DNA of 64,000 nucleotides from Oikopleura dioica (taxonomy: Eukaryota > Animalia > Chordata), in the NCBI GenBank assembly GCA_907165135.1, contig OU015568.1:15263208-15327207 (forward strand), given 5' to 3'. The notes below the pieces were generated by a model, which saw only the letters and a list, made by a program, of their open reading frames with translations, searched no databases and was not told the DNA's origin. The translations under genes were made by a program, and so were the position numbers. Below, in pieces: positions 1 through 16,460 of this stretch. Every line of letters starts with the position of its first letter. Positions within the stretch are counted from its first letter, which is position 1.

Positions 1-180
1 AGCCGCATGCGGCTTTGAGCGACAAACGAAGAAAATCGCGCTTCTCGATAATTATCATTTTCTAGCGCGCTAAAAATTCCCTTTTTCCCTCTTTCTACTT
101 TCCCTCTTCTCCATTTCTTCAGATTCTCATCATCTGACTATTCCCTTTTCAGATTTTAATTTCTGTCCGTTTCACATTGA

Positions 181-1433
181 ATGACAAACGCGATCACATC
201 TGGACGAGTTAACTTCAAATCGAGAGAAGGTACTTTTGGAATGATGAATTCGACACAGTACACGCCCATCCAGCCCAGAATACCGACATTTGTCGCAGAG
301 GCTGTTACAGAGACCCAAGAATCAGAAGGTAATCTCGATCTTGGCCTCAATCAGGATTTTGTCAATGAAAACCTGGACGACCTTTTTGGTTTCCAAGGCC
401 ACACGATGGGCGAGCAATACGTCCAAGACACAGCGACAGAAATCGCCGCCCACCCGCTAGTGGAAACTCCGCCTCCTGAACAACTTCAGAGCACGCTCGA
501 TTTTGTAAGTCTCTAACCCTCTTTTCTTCTTTCAAATACTCTTTTCAGAGCGGCGTTGCCAAGACAGAGCAAGGAATAGACGCCAACAAGATCGAGCTCA
601 CATTTCCCCAGCATCCGCTCAAAGCGAATGGGATCTCGTACTTCAACGACAAGGGAGTTCTCTACGCCACGCATCGACTGAAAGATCAGAAACAGGTGCC
701 GTTTGGAATCAGCGGGATCTCCGAACGAACCCATCCGGCTTTTATCGCCTTCATGTACGCCTCCATCCCTGGCAATCACCGAGAAATCACTGTCTGCCAG
801 AAACACGCCACTGAATACATGTTGCAGAACGACTTCTTCATGAATATCAACTTCCAAGGCCAACAACTTACGGTCGATGAAAACGTCATCGTCGACGGTA
901 AATACGTCCGTGCCCGTCGCCTCCCAATCGTCCACGAAATCGGCCGAGACAACGATAGGACTTATCATGTCATGTTCAACTGCACCAACTCCTGCTTGTC
1001 AAATCGCGAAGAGCGAAAGAAGCTGACCCTGAATGTCGTCATTTTGAACAAATACGACCGAAGCATCTTCAAGCATCTAACTCAGCGCGTGATCATCTCC
1101 GCCAATGCTGGCCGAGATGCCGGTGTCTTCAAAGGGGCAACTAAAAGGAAGAGTGAAATCGCCTCGACCTTCGACCCAAGCTACAAGAAAGAGCGACTCG
1201 AGGCAATTCCTTCGACACAGATCAAAGTAAAGACTCCCGATGGGGATTACCGCCCAGCAAACATCGGAGAGCGAATATCTGCCAGAGTCGGTGCTTACAG
1301 GAACTCCCTACCGGACTCAATGTCCGAGCCGATGAAGGACCTGAAACAGAAGGAAATGGAGAAGAGGATAGATGCAATGGTCCGCTGCCAGATCGAGACG
1401 CAGCAGCAAATAGACCAGGCATTGGAGACATAA
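181..1433 (+). CDS. Divergent p53-family transcription factor (2 exons: 181-504, 549-1433; ~402 aa)
   Basis: A 44-bp GT-AG intron (505-548) joins the ORFs in frame. DBD landmarks: VCQKH (cf. RCPHH), FNCTNSC (cf. YMCNSSC), ISANAGRD (cf. VCACPGRD). All four Zn ligands are kept, and the acidic N-terminus has NLDDLF. Confidence 0.7.
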
Positions 1434-2890
1434 AAGCAGCAGACAAACTTCGAACCCGATTGGTTATATGAAAAAGTATTGACTCTATTCACTGTATCTT
1501 CCTTATTTTTATTCAAGTTGGAACCCGGCCGGCTTGCCGTCAAACAACAATGGACATAAACGAATGGAACGATAAACGATTGCTGCAAAAACGAACGATA
1601 TCTGATACAACCGATGGCCCTGGTAGGAACGAAACTGAAAAAAACATGCAATTATATATGTATTATCTTAATTACTGGGCCCTTTTTACACCGCATTTTT
1701 TACGATACAAAAACACAGAAAACACTATCACATAAAAAAGACAAAACTCTTTAGAAAAAAAAACCAGCTAAAAATTTCAAAACTAGAAAAATTCAAAAAC
1801 TAGCCTATGAAAAAATTGCTTTACTTTTGTATAAGTTTGTCGCTTACTAATTTATTCGATTGAGTTGTGCCTTTTTTGCGACCTCGGGTCTCCTCTACTC
1901 AAGCAGGTCCGAGGTCAAACGAATATATCCTGTGTATATTACTATCTTGCGCCCGTGTATTTTATTTACTACAGTTTCACCGACCTTACTTTGACTCAAA
2001 ATGAGCACGAGGGCAGAGATCCTCTGCTCTTTCTTCTCACCCTGCTTTGCGAAAAGAACTGTGACTCGACTATTTCGTATTTTGAATACTCCTAGCATTT
2101 TATTAATTGATTACTTACTCCATCCCTTTCTCAACAAATGTGCTTCCCCGATTCTGCTGCAAGCTTGAAGTCCTAATGCCAAAGTGACTCTCATTACTCC
2201 CTCATTTACAGCCCTCCCAAACTGCTGTGACGCTATTCGTAGTGGAAAAAATCCGCCAATATTTTTTTAAACTTTAAACTCGCGCTCCCTGGCGGTCCTC
2301 ATATTTGTTTCCAAGTGGAGAGGAGCGCGTCGCGTTTAGCATTTCAGTCCAAGCTAAAAAAGATATTCATGTTTTTTCAATCTTTCAAAGATACTTACAA
2401 CTTCAATTACTATTTCTTACTTCCGTTTAACTTGTTTTCGAAGTAACTTTGTCTTTAGAATTTTTCAATTTTCAGTCAGTTGACGGGTAGCATACTTCAT
2501 TGTGAATGTATTCCTCTATCTCCATCTCTCTATTTCTTTCTCCCAATATGTTTTCTTTCACTTCGGCAACCCCAGTAGTCGAATATGATTTTATCTGCAT
2601 ATTACTATTTAATTTGATGATTTCCCTCTTCAGTGAATAAATCTCTCGATAATTTGTTAATGAAAAAATTGTCTTATCTTTGCGCGAAAAACAGTCAATT
2701 TGAATGAGAGCATTTTGAGAGCAGGGCAGGCTTTATATTGACGGTGTCGAATGAACGATCTTGATGGAGCGCGGCGCAGCATGTCTTGTTTTCGGAAGGT
2801 CTTAGTCCGCTAGACGAATTCTGAAGCTCATTCATTCAATCGAAAATGAATCGTTGTTTACTCGTGAACTCATGTCTATCTTTTTTAGAA

Positions 2891-4650
2891 ATGAAGCTTT
2901 TACTGCCGGTTTTATCGGCAGTACTTGCCGATGATCGCATTCGCGGAGTATCGATTACTCGTCAGTCATTGTATCCACCTGGAACACACTTTACTTGTCT
3001 TGATGGCTCCAAGAAAATTCCTTACTCTTATCTCAACGATGACTTCTGCGACTGTGATGACGGATCTGATGAGCCCGGTACTTCAGCCTGTCCTACTGGG
3101 CGATTTCATTGTCCCAATGCTGGGTTCGCTCCTCAGAATATCATCAGGTAGTTAATATGAGCGATAAAAATAAACGCGCTTGTTTAGTTCCCGAGTAAAC
3201 GACATGATCTGTGACTGTTGTGATGGGTCCGATGAGTGGGGCGGCTTTGTCGAGTGCCCGAACACCTGCAAAGAGGAATATCTCAAAGCTCATGCGGCAA
3301 AGATCCAGGCTAGAATTGAGCAAGCTCAAGGTTTCGAAAAGCGAAAGAGTCTCGTCGACCTTGCCCTCGTCCAAAAATTAGATGATGAAGAAGAACTTGC
3401 CGCTGCCGAACCTGGAATCAACGAACTCAAAAAGGCCAAAGATGATGCCGAAGCGCTTAAAATCGAGGCCGAAGAGCTTGAAACAAAGGTCAACGAGGAG
3501 CTGGAAGCAATCAAGAACCAGAAGATCCTAGACAGGGCAGCGACGTACTCGGAAGAAGACATCAGCGAAATCGCTTTCAATCATCTTGATGCAAACAAGA
3601 ACGGCGAAATCGTGGTCTACGAAATAACGACTCAAAAATATCTCGATCCTAAGCCCGAGACATCTTCATTTACCACCAAGGAGGCGAAAGAAGTCATGAA
3701 GCAAAAAGATAAAATTTACCTTGAAGACTTCCGCACAGAAATTTGGCCGGAAATACGGGAAAAGATCTTGCCGAAGCTCGAGCGAGCAATGAACGATTGG
3801 GATCGAGCTATCGAGGAAGCCAATAAAGTAGATGAGCCCGAAGAGCCAGGAGAGCCATCTGAAGAACAAGTCGCTGAGTCAGAAGAAGCACTTGATGCCA
3901 TGGAAGATGAGCTTGACAATGAAGAGTACGATGATGATGATCATGACTTGCTTGACGACGAGTATGACTTTGACGACGACGATTACGACTACCGAGACTA
4001 CAGAGATACTCCAGAGCCAATCAAAGACGATGAGAACGTTTCTGAAGAGCATCAAAAGATATTCGACGCTGCTAAAGATGCAAGAAGAATTTTTGACGAT
4101 GCTGATCGAGCATTGAGAGATGCCGAAAGCAAAGTTAGCGAGATTCGTGAGCGATCAGAGCGAGACTTTGGCCCAGACGATGTTTTCAGAAGCATGCACA
4201 AAGTCTGCTTTGAGTTCAAAACCACTGAATACATCTACACGGTATAAAGATGTTTTGAGCTCAGAGATCAACCCCTTTTAGCTTTGTCCATATGATAAGT
4301 GTGAGCAAAAGCCGGCTAATGGCGGCAGTGGTACAAAATTAGGCAATTGGGAAGGCTTTGAAGACGATTTCAAGTAATTATTGTTTGTTTTGACAGTGAA
4401 TCATCGTAAATTTAGAGTGATGAAGTTTACCAATGGTGTCAAATGCTGGAACGGGCCAAATCGTAGCGCGATTATCAAACTATCATGTGGAGTTGAAAAC
4501 AAAATTCTCTCAGTTACTGAGCCTAACCGGTAATTTCTGCAGAACAGCTGCTCTTTCAATTCATATTTTAGCTGCGAATACGAGTACAAGTTTGAAACGC
4601 CCGCGGTCTGCAGCGAGCCAGAGCCTATCCCGGACCATGACGAGCTATAA
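2891..4650 (+). CDS. PRKCSH: Glucosidase II beta subunit (multi-exon)
   Basis: Signal peptide, LDLa-like [20 protein letters not shown] and [10 protein letters not shown] motifs, acidic stretch, MRH domain (CWNGPNRS), C-terminal HDEL-stop at 4636-4650. Confidence 0.95.
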
Positions 4651-4824
4651 AAACCTTTCTGTCGGATTCGATTAGATTTTGATTAATCAAGTTAAAGTAC
4701 TTAGATTTTGTCCATCGGGAAATTTCGCAATCAAAACCCTTTTAGTTCAATAATTTCTGTCCAAACCATGATCACTCTTTCGCCTCTATAAATATAGAGA
4801 CTTTCTTCTAGCATTTCAGAAAAA

Positions 4825-5282
4825 ATGACTTCCCGAGTTGTCTTCGATAACAACATCGATGCCTTCGATGAGGCGCAGAACGACGATAAGTGCCCACAGA
4901 AGGAGATGGTCCACATTCGAATTCAGCAACGTAACGGTCGTAAGACTCTTACCACCGTCCAGGAAAGGGTTGAATAATTCTTCGCTTGATCGCAAAAAAA
5001 AGTTACTTCAACCCAAAGCGAAGGGTCTCTCAGACGAGTACGACTTGAAGAAGATCATCAAGGTCTGCAAGCGGCATTTCGCCTGTAACGGAACCGTCGT
5101 CGACCACGCTGAGTGGGGTGAAGTCATTCAGTTCCAGGATCGTGTTTTATGCAAAATCAATGATAAGTTAATTACGCAAATTTCGAAACACGTGACAGGG
5201 AGATCAGCGAGCAAACATCCAGCGTTTCTTGTTAGGCGTCAAGCTCGCCCGAGCTGAGCAGATCAAGGTCCACGGTTTCTAA
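4825..5282 (+). CDS. EIF1: Translation initiation factor eIF1/SUI1; two 61-bp GA-AG introns (4963-5023, 5138-5198)
   Basis: HIRIQQRNGRKTLTTVQ|GLSDEYDLKK...FACNGTV...GEVIQFQ|GDQR...KVHGF-stop. The frame is restored only by GA-AG introns. Confidence 0.95.
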
Positions 5283-5477
5283 CTGCACCGTGTAGGTTTC
5301 AACAAAATTAGGGACGGACGCCAAAAGAAAAGAATATCAGAAATTATATCTTACCATTTGTTCGTTAACATTTGTTCTGAAATACATCCTGTAACAGTGA
5401 AAATGAATGCCCCGCTCAGAAAAGAAACATGATTTTTTGACACGTTATTTCTAGAACGTGTTTTTGTTGGATGGCGA

Positions 5478-8400
5478 ATGGGAGCAAATGCGGAGAGCGA
5501 GGCATATCTGAATGAGATGAGGAACGGGACGGAGGAAGAATGCAGACTCTCGTCCCTGATCGTGATACTCGACTCCAGCGCTGGCTCCACTGCGCGGATC
5601 GAGCATCGAATCAAGATTGCTGAGCAGCTACTCTACACGATCAATAAGAAAGAGGCATACAAGCGTGAATTTTTATCGTAAGTACTCTTTCCTTTTTCAC
5701 GGGTTTCAATATGGCTCTCTAGTTCCAAAGGAGTGGAAGCATGCTTGAATGTGATCGAAGATCTTGATAGCAAGCAACTGGCGCTGTCCTGCGTCAAGAT
5801 CCTCATTTCGCTGCTTGAGTTTGGCTTCGCTCGCCGCTTCATTCAAAATAATGGAACTGGGACGCTCTTTCAACTCGTCGCCCGTTGCCATTCTGAGGAT
5901 AGAGCGATGCAGAATCACTCCGAAATCGTCAAGAACTCGCTAAACTTACTGATCCTGGCGAAGGCGAAAGACAAAGGTACAGTTCTTTATTCATTTTCAT
6001 TCATACTCACGAACTACCGGTAGGATTCGGGCTGAAATGCGTAAATGCTGACGGAATAACGACGCTTCTGCGTCTCATTCGTGAGCCGACCAAGGTCCGA
6101 CCGACTGCGCTCAATCTTCTGAAGATCGTTGCAGGAAGTCCTAGTTGCTCGCGCGAGATCATCCCGTCTCTTCAGATGTTATTTACATTGTGCCAGGTTA
6201 ACCAAGGAAAGAAAAACACTGGCCATGTTCGCATTATACTACAGCTTATTCACAAGGTAAGAGCACATCTGTCGGAAATGCTTGAGCTCATCTGTTTGTA
6301 GGCGATAAAAGTGCAGAAGAAAAACGTTACGAAGTCCTTGCCAATGCTGCCAGTCGTCGTTGACCTGGTGGAATCCTGGCATAAATACGATCACCGCCAC
6401 GGCGGTCGACTTATTCATCTAAGGAAAGGATTCATCATTCTGCTCAAGAGCATGACCTCAGAGAAAGAGGGCCGTACAAAGCTCTCTGAACCGACGATAT
6501 TAAAGAAGTTGTGCGCCGTCGCAGAGGGCATGATGCAGAAAAATGAGCCGGAACAAGTCGTTCGTCTACTGATAACAACGATGCAAAAGGCGATTCCTTC
6601 AATATCCCCCGCGATACGATCTGCAAATACCGATACGCACTTTGAGCAGACGCAGCAAGATATAAACGAGATGCCTACCTCGCATGTGATCGAAGAACAA
6701 TACAGAACCTTTAGCTATTTTGAAAGATACTTTATCGAAGAAACTCATTCAAAATGTAATGATGACGAATGGGAAGATGATTATTCTGGGGAAGCTCTCA
6801 CGAGACAGGTCAGTTTGCCGAAGATATCAGCCGTGAGAAGGTCGACATCGTTGGGCTCGACGCTTATTCCAAAAAGTCATCTGGATCTTTACAAGATTTG
6901 ACGCAGTCAGCAAGCGAGCTTCTTCCAAGAGACACGCTCAAGGAATACGCCGAGTCGACAACCTACAAAGATCTCTGCAACGTAATCGACCACGGCTGGG
7001 ATCAAGAAGCAAGAGCTCACAGTAATCAAGAAAAAGCTGAAATATCTAGATGCGAAAGAATCACGAAAAACATCAATCGCTTTAGCGATGGACCAACACT
7101 CGATGATATCAACAACGTTCTTCCTAGCTGCGAATTATTTGGCCAAGTTCCTCAACCCCCTTCTCCAATGGTCAGAACGAAATCGATGGCAAGACACAAC
7201 CGCGCTCTCCAGGAAATAGAAAAATACGTCCATCCGGAGCGTTTTGAGCGAAAGCTCGTCTACGCTGCAAGAGAGACCGAACGGATAGGAGAAAATACGG
7301 AAGGCTTGTTAGCATTCGATTCTAAATTTGAAAGTGGAAACTTGGCCGAAGCGTACTGGACACGTGACGAGCAATACGAGCTGTGGATTGAGCCTGACAT
7401 GTACCAAGACTCTCACCGACAGTGGTTTTTCTTCAAGATCGGCAATATAGACGCGAATAATCGGTATCAATTCAGCATCATGAACTTTGAAAAGAAGGAA
7501 TCGCAATTTGGCAAAGGAATGCAGCCTTTAATGTTTTCAGTAGACGAAGCTCGAGCTGGGAATCCGCATTGGCGCAGAATTGGCTCCAACATTATGTACT
7601 TCAGCAATAATATAAGAAACAAAGGCAACAAGAACTACTACACAATGAGCTTTGACGTGACATTTCCGCGAGATACGACCCTCGTTTACATGGCCTACCA
7701 CTATCCTTACACGTATACGCGATTAAAAGCACATCTAAACATGATCCGGCCGCCTGAAAATGTGATCTTCCAAAGGCAAACACTGTGCCAAACGTTGCTC
7801 CACAATAAGATTGATCTTGTGACAATTACAGCAGCTGAAAACTACAGCAAACCTATATCAAATCGAGAATACGTCGTTATTTCTGCACGAGTGCATCCTG
7901 GGGAGACGAATTCAAGTTGGATAATGAAGGGCATCATGGATTTCTTGGTCTCAGATCATAAAGTAGCCGAGGCAGCGCGAAACGAGTTCGTCTTCAAACT
8001 TGTGCCAATGCTCAATCCTGACGGATGCATCATTGGAAATCACAGGACAAATATGGCCAAATTTGATCTCAATCGCCAGTGGGAAATGCCCAATCCAAAC
8101 ATGTCTCCTTCGATCTACTACCTAAAGGGATTCATAGCCAGTCTAAATGCAAAAGGAAAATCACCCATGTGCTACATTGATCTTCATGGACACTCGTTAA
8201 AGAAAAACGCTTTTATTTTCGGCTGTGATGGAACTGGCGATGTGCTTGCTTTACCAAGGATCGTTTTTTCAATAATTTTGGAAATTAAAATCTTGAATAT
8301 CGAAATTTCTAAAAACGCCTCATAGATTACTCAATCGTCTGCCAATGTTCTCTCTTATGAATTGCCGCTTCCAGCTTACCCGTGAAACATGTGCTCGTAC

Positions 8401-8692
8401 CGTTGTCTATCGTCGTCTTGGCATTCCCCGCTCTTACACTCTAGAAAGTACTTACAATGGCTGCAATCAAGGAAAACATAATGGTTTGCAAATTACGGAG
8501 AATGACCTCTGTCAGCTTGGCGTTGGACTCGTGGCTACAATTAAACTACTCAAAGACTACATCGCGATTGGAAAAGGTGCCTTCGGCGGACTGGGTCCTT
8601 ATCAAACACTCTCCGAGCAGAAGCAAGAACGAGGTGATGATAGTGACAACTCCGTTTCCGAAGAAGAATCCGAAGCTAGCTTTGAGATTTGA
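5478..8692 (+). CDS. AGTPBP1: Cytosolic carboxypeptidase 1 (Nna1/CCP1, M14 family), multi-exon
   Basis: FDSKFESGNL, ARVHPGETNSSW, PMLNPDG, GNHR, DLNRQW, IDLHGHS, SYTLES motifs after a helical N-terminal region. One apparent 1-nt frameshift in an A-run near 6870, probably an assembly error. Confidence 0.9.
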
Positions 8693-8737
8693 CCCAACGT
8701 TTTATTCTGCTGCTGCTTTATTTTTGTATTCTAATAA

Positions 8738-11341
<2,604 letters not shown>

Positions 11342-11559
11342 AAGGTAGCATAATGCTAAATATTTTTCACTAACTTTCACTTAAGGTAAATGTTAAGCAT
11401 TTGCACCAGAAGACACCCTTAGAAAAAATTGATCAATTGAATTCTTTCCTGCGAGATCTACTGCCCTCAAACTTACAATAAAATGTCTTGTGCACTTGTT
11501 ATCAGCGTATTTTTATTTCAATTACTGAATGAAAATACTCTAGAAAAAGCAGCTAAATC

Positions 11560-12136
11560 ATGTCGGTTACTCTGCATACGGATCTTGGTGATTTGAAATT
11601 GGAGCTCTTCTGTAAGCTCTGCCCAAAAACTTGTGAAAACTTTCTTGCTCTTGTCGCGTCGGGAAAATATGATGGCACAGTGTTCCACAGAAACATTCCT
11701 GGGTTCATCGTCCAAGGAGGCGACCCAACGGGGACTGGAAAAGGCGGTGAGTCTATTTGGGTAAGGCAGCGTGTCAGTTTCTGTCTTCTAATTATGAATA
11801 AGGGCGGACCATTTGAGGATGAGATTGACGACAATTTGAGACATTCTGGACGGGGTATTTTGTCGATGGCAAACTCTGGAGCAAATACAAATAGAGTAAG
11901 GGCGAATTGTTTGTTTTCCGATAAAATGAGTTCAGTCGCAATTCATGATAACTTACGCCAAACATCCCACTCTCGATTTGAAGCATACCGTCTTTGGGAA
12001 AGTCATCGATGGCGACGAGACACTTGACGCCATGGAGAAAGTCCTGATCGATCCGAAAACGTACCGACCGACTACAGATATCAGACTCAAACAGTGCACG
12101 ATTCATGCTAACCCCATCGCTGATGAAAGCTCATAA
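11560..12136 (+). CDS. PPIL3: Cyclophilin-like peptidyl-prolyl isomerase 3
   Basis: [18 protein letters not shown]...[26 protein letters not shown]...[10 protein letters not shown]...HANP; two short introns. Confidence 0.93.
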
Positions 12137-12179
12137 ACTGCCAATTAGATCAAATTCTCACTTTTTATCCAATTTCAGA

Positions 12180-13064
12180 ATGATGGATTGCCATGCTCAT
12201 TTAGGCGAATTTCATGATAGAATTGAGCAAGTTATTGCTGATGCGAAAGCAGAAGGTGTCGCTGGTGTCATTGTCGTTCCAGAATACGGAAATAGTAAGC
12301 GATAATGAATCATTTTCTTATGCCTACAGATTTTGAAAGGAACATGAAGATGTGCGATGAACACCCAGACTTTCTCTTCCCTGCTCTTGGTCTGCATCCT
12401 ATTCAAGGATCATATGCCGTCCCGGAAGAGTCTTCTGCTTGCAGCTTATCAGAATATGATCAATACAAGGCAAGTTCATTTTACAAGATTCAATAAAAAT
12501 GTGACAATTTAGGCGACAATTGAAAAGTACATCGATCGAGTTGTTTGTATTGGTGAATGTGGACTTGATTTTACTCCGAAATTTATCAGAACACCAGATG
12601 ATAAAGAGCTGCAACTAGCGGCGTTTCGAGCTCATATCGAACTCGCTAAAAAGTACTCGCTGCCGCTGAACGTTCATTCTCGATCAGCTGCTCCACAGAT
12701 ATTCACACTTCTTGATGAATACGAGTACTACGATGTTCTCATGCATGCTTACGGCGGAAAAGCCAAAAGAGCCGCTCTTTATGCTAAGAAAGGCGTTTAC
12801 TTCAGTGTTCCCAACACAGCTGCTAAAGAAGACAGTCAAATGAGAAATCTCATCAAACTTGTTCCGATTGAAAATCTCATTCTTGAAACAGATTCACCCG
12901 CGTTATCACTTATTCCTGGGACTGAAAACCAACCCAAGAACCTCATCATTAGTGCGAAAGTTATTTCTGAAGTAAAAAAGTTACCTATTGAAGACGTAAT
13001 CAACATCACTAGAAACAATACCCTTCGCCTTTTCAGTCGTATTTCAAAGTTAATAAAGCTATAG
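12180..13064 (+). CDS. TATDN3: TatD-family nuclease (TATDN3-like)
   Basis: DCHAHL, LGLHPIQG, IGECGLDF, LNVHSRS, ILETDSPAL motifs. Confidence 0.88.
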
Positions 13065-13116
13065 AAAAATGTGATTTAAAAAGAATGAATCTATTAGATT
13101 GATCGAGTCGGACCAA

Positions 13117-14889
13117 ATGGCAATCCTCGAAGATAAGAAATGGAACCTTGCCCACATTCAAAATTCTTTCATCGTTGATCAATTTTGTGAAAATGTTATT
13201 CACAAGCGAGATCAAATGACCGTTGATGAACTGGCTGATCGATGGGATGATCCAGATTTTGATCACAGTCCTGAAATTCGTGCATTTCAAAACTTCGACT
13301 CTGAAAAACCATCCGAGAAAGAAGCAACACTGACAGATTGCTCAAATCATACCAAGATAACTACAGAAAGAAGTCACGGGTTATAAAAAGCGACCTGGAT
13401 GATCCTCCTCAAATCCGATATGTTGCCGATCCGGAAAACAACTCGCCTGGCAAAATTCCTACAGTAGAAGAAATCAAGCAAAGAATAGAAAAACGAAAGC
13501 AAGAAGCTCTCGGAGTTGCGGATAAAATTGTCGAAGAGCTACCAAAAGATGTCCGCCCCTTTGCGGAATATGACAAGCTTACGACAGTTAGTCTTGATGT
13601 TCCGTCTTTATCATACAGGGAGAGTTCTTTAATATATAAATCAAGGAAGAATACCCTTATTTTCGGCATCTAATCGAACTCTTATCAGTGTTTCCCTTTA
13701 TAAAATGGTCGGAAATGAAAAGATCCCGCTTCGGTTCCCAAACGAAAAAGGTGAATTCGTGCATGGCATTACCATCAATATTCGACAGAATCAAAAATAT
13801 CGCGATCTCGTTGGTCTGACATGCTTCCAATACATAAAAAGCTACGATCATCCTAGCTTCAGTGGTCCGAAGCTTGAACACTCCGAGGTCACAGACCGAT
13901 CGCACTCAATCTATTTCGTCGAGAACGGAAATATTGAGCCGGACGTGACGATTCACATTGCGCAGGATCTTAAGTCGGCTGCGTTTGATTTAAAATCATT
14001 GGCGGAGGATAAAATTAATGGGAGAATGACTCTTGCCAATATGGGCTTAGCGATTGTAGAAAACTGTATTGCGGAGAGAGCGAAAGGTGGTTGTATTTGA
14101 AAGTCTTACTGATATTAATAAACATATTTAGTCGGAAAAGCACGAGTTATTTTGAGTGAGATACAAATGTCTCGCTCTACTTGCCAAGATGTCGTCGTTC
14201 CCATCGATACAGAATCAACCGCTGACGATGTTCTCCAAGCAGCAAAAAGGACCTTCGACGAGCACGGCCTTCAAAAGCTTCGCACGAATCAATCCTTCGT
14301 GCTCAAGAAAGACAACGTGATTCTAGCGCCGACGATCGCTATTCTTGAATTCCTGCAGCACAACTGTAGAAACCCACAAATCCCTGACCCAGTGTACACT
14401 ATCAATCTCTGCGTACAAACCGTTGAGCCTCCTCCCAAGCCGCCGACGTTTACAGAAGAGCAGTGTTCCTTCACTGTCAAAATCATTCCAAGCGTGATGC
14501 AAAGCTTCAAGCTCGGAAAGAAATTCCAGATCGCTCAAGACTTCACGATTACTTTCGGTAACGATTGTATCACGATTGCCACTGGTAAGCCGAAAGCGAG
14601 CTTCAAAAATAAAATGACGCCGACGAAACTGTTCGCTGGCATTCCCTCAGTGATTCCCTACAGTAAGATGTCCGACTTTACGATCACGCCACAGAAGAAC
14701 GAAAGAAGTCAACTGACCGTAGCGTACAAATCTGATGCAGCATTCGAGAAACTCGTGATCAGAGCTCCCACCGACATCGGTCGACGGATGCAGTACTTTT
14801 TCGAGAAAAACGACATTCAACTTCAGTCAGCGTCGCCGAGTCTCGCCTCTTCGCGACAAAAGGGGCGCAGAAAATCCGTCTTCTTTTGA
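13117..14889 (+). CDS. Uncharacterised multi-exon gene (possibly RA/FERM-like C-terminal region); may be more than one gene
   Basis: Chain of + strand ORFs (13099, 13338, 13705, 14152) with coding-like composition separated by short intron-sized gaps; no family firmly recognised. Confidence 0.5.
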
Positions 14890-15031
14890 TTCAACCCGTT
14901 ATTTATTATTTCTAACTGTTTCTTTCACTGCTGATTCAATGTTTTCGAAAATTCATAAACTCACAATTCATGTCATTTCTAGCGTCTCACTCACTTCTAG
15001 ATTTTTCTAGTTTTTGAAAAGTACCGTAGGT

Positions 15032-15542
15032 ATGGGCTGGTTCGGAAGCTCCGCTCCTGAGAAGAAGAAAAACTATGACGAGGATATGAGTACGGATTTT
15101 GGATTTGACTTTGTTTAACAGAGATATTGAAGATGACGGCGCTGGCGGTGGATATGATAAGTACGATACAGGCTCTTCCGCTGGTTCTTCGGCGCCACCA
15201 CCACTTGGAGGAGGACTCGGAAATGCAAGCGCGATGCCATCAATGAGCGAGGACTTGGGAGCTGCTTCTATGCCAGGAAATGTTTCTCAGGTAAATGAGT
15301 GATCCCAAGATTGTTTCCTTATTGTAGATAAGGCTCTTGGTATGGTCAAGCAACAATTGAAACAGCAGCTCGCTCAGGCTCACCAACAAGCTCTCATGGA
15401 AGCGATCAACAAAAACTGCCTCGAAGCTTGCGACCCAGATGGCTCCAGCAGACTCCAGACAAAATGCGTCGAAACATGCGCCGCTAGATACATTGACGCG
15501 TGGAACCACGTGTCCAAGAGTGTGCGAAATGCGCAGTCCTAG
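15032..15542 (+). CDS. TIMM13: Mitochondrial small Tim chaperone Tim13
   Basis: Twin CX3C (CLEAC...CVETC) followed by RYIDAWNHVS; Gly/Ser-rich N-terminus over 3 exons. Confidence 0.85.
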
Positions 15543-15716
15543 TTCTATTGTATTTCCAATTATGTATTTATTAATGCTCACTGCGTGTAACTGAAATGGC
15601 GCTGATTAGAATGATTCAAGCTGCGCGCGCTGCGCTTTGATTGGCTCCTTGTCGGTGCTAATGCGCAGCGCCCCGCTCCGTACATTATCGATTCGACATT
15701 ATTTATCACTCCTTAA

Positions 15717-16460
15717 GGGTAGAACATGAAATCGGCGCGCGGCGCCTCGCTCGCCAAGCGCCCCGCCGTGCCCTACTTTTCAGAATGCCCTAAAATCGGA
15801 ACGGATAAAGCTTTTCAAAAATTTCTTCGGATTTCAGATTATCAAAGCCTTTACTTTTCACAGATCAAAAATGAGCAGAATCGTCAAACAGTAAGTCGGA
15901 GAAAATGACATGAGTTGGTTAAACTCTATCTCCTCTCGCAATTTTTATCCGATTTTTTCAAATTTAGATAGGTCGAAAGTGCTCCGTTAGACCTAAAATT
16001 TCGTAGTCTCAGAATTAATTTTGAAGCTTTATGGAATTTTATATGAGCTTTTGAAATGAGAGCTGCACTGTCGTGAGGCGCGCAGCGCGAGAGAAGAAGC
16101 GGCGCGGCGTGAGAGCACTTGTTTTGAGAAGCCGTGTGGATTTTTAGGGAGGTTCAAAATTAATTCTGAGACTACGAAATTTTAGGTCTAACGGAGCACT
16201 TTCGACCTATCTAAATTTGAAAAATCGGATAAGAATTGCGAGAGGAGATAGAGTTTGACCAACTCATGTCATTTTCTCCGACTTATTCTTTGACGATTCT
16301 GCTCATTTTTGATCTGTGTAAAGTAAAGGCTTTGATAATCTGAAATCCGAAGAAATTTTTGAAAAGCTTTATCCGTTCCGATTTTAGGGCATTCTGAAAA
16401 GTAGGGCACGGCGGGGCGCTGGGCGAGCGAGGCGCCGCGCGCCGATTTCATGTTCTACCC
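15717..16460. mobile_element. Non-autonomous hairpin DNA transposon (MITE) with TTAA TSD and GG..CC ends, Kolobok-like
   Basis: ~310-bp near-perfect inverted arms (15717-~16026 and ~16153-16460) around a ~125-bp spacer; TTAA at 15713-16 and 16461-64; purine-purine 5' terminus. Confidence 0.85.

Noticed and set aside
1434-2845. Short ORFs between the p53-like gene and PRKCSH
   Set aside because: They are short, AT-rich and without recognisable motifs; most likely UTR, promoter or intergenic sequence.
15726-16451. Two identical-looking 60-aa ORFs (MKSARGASLA...)
   Set aside because: They are the two arms of the MITE read in opposite directions, not genes.
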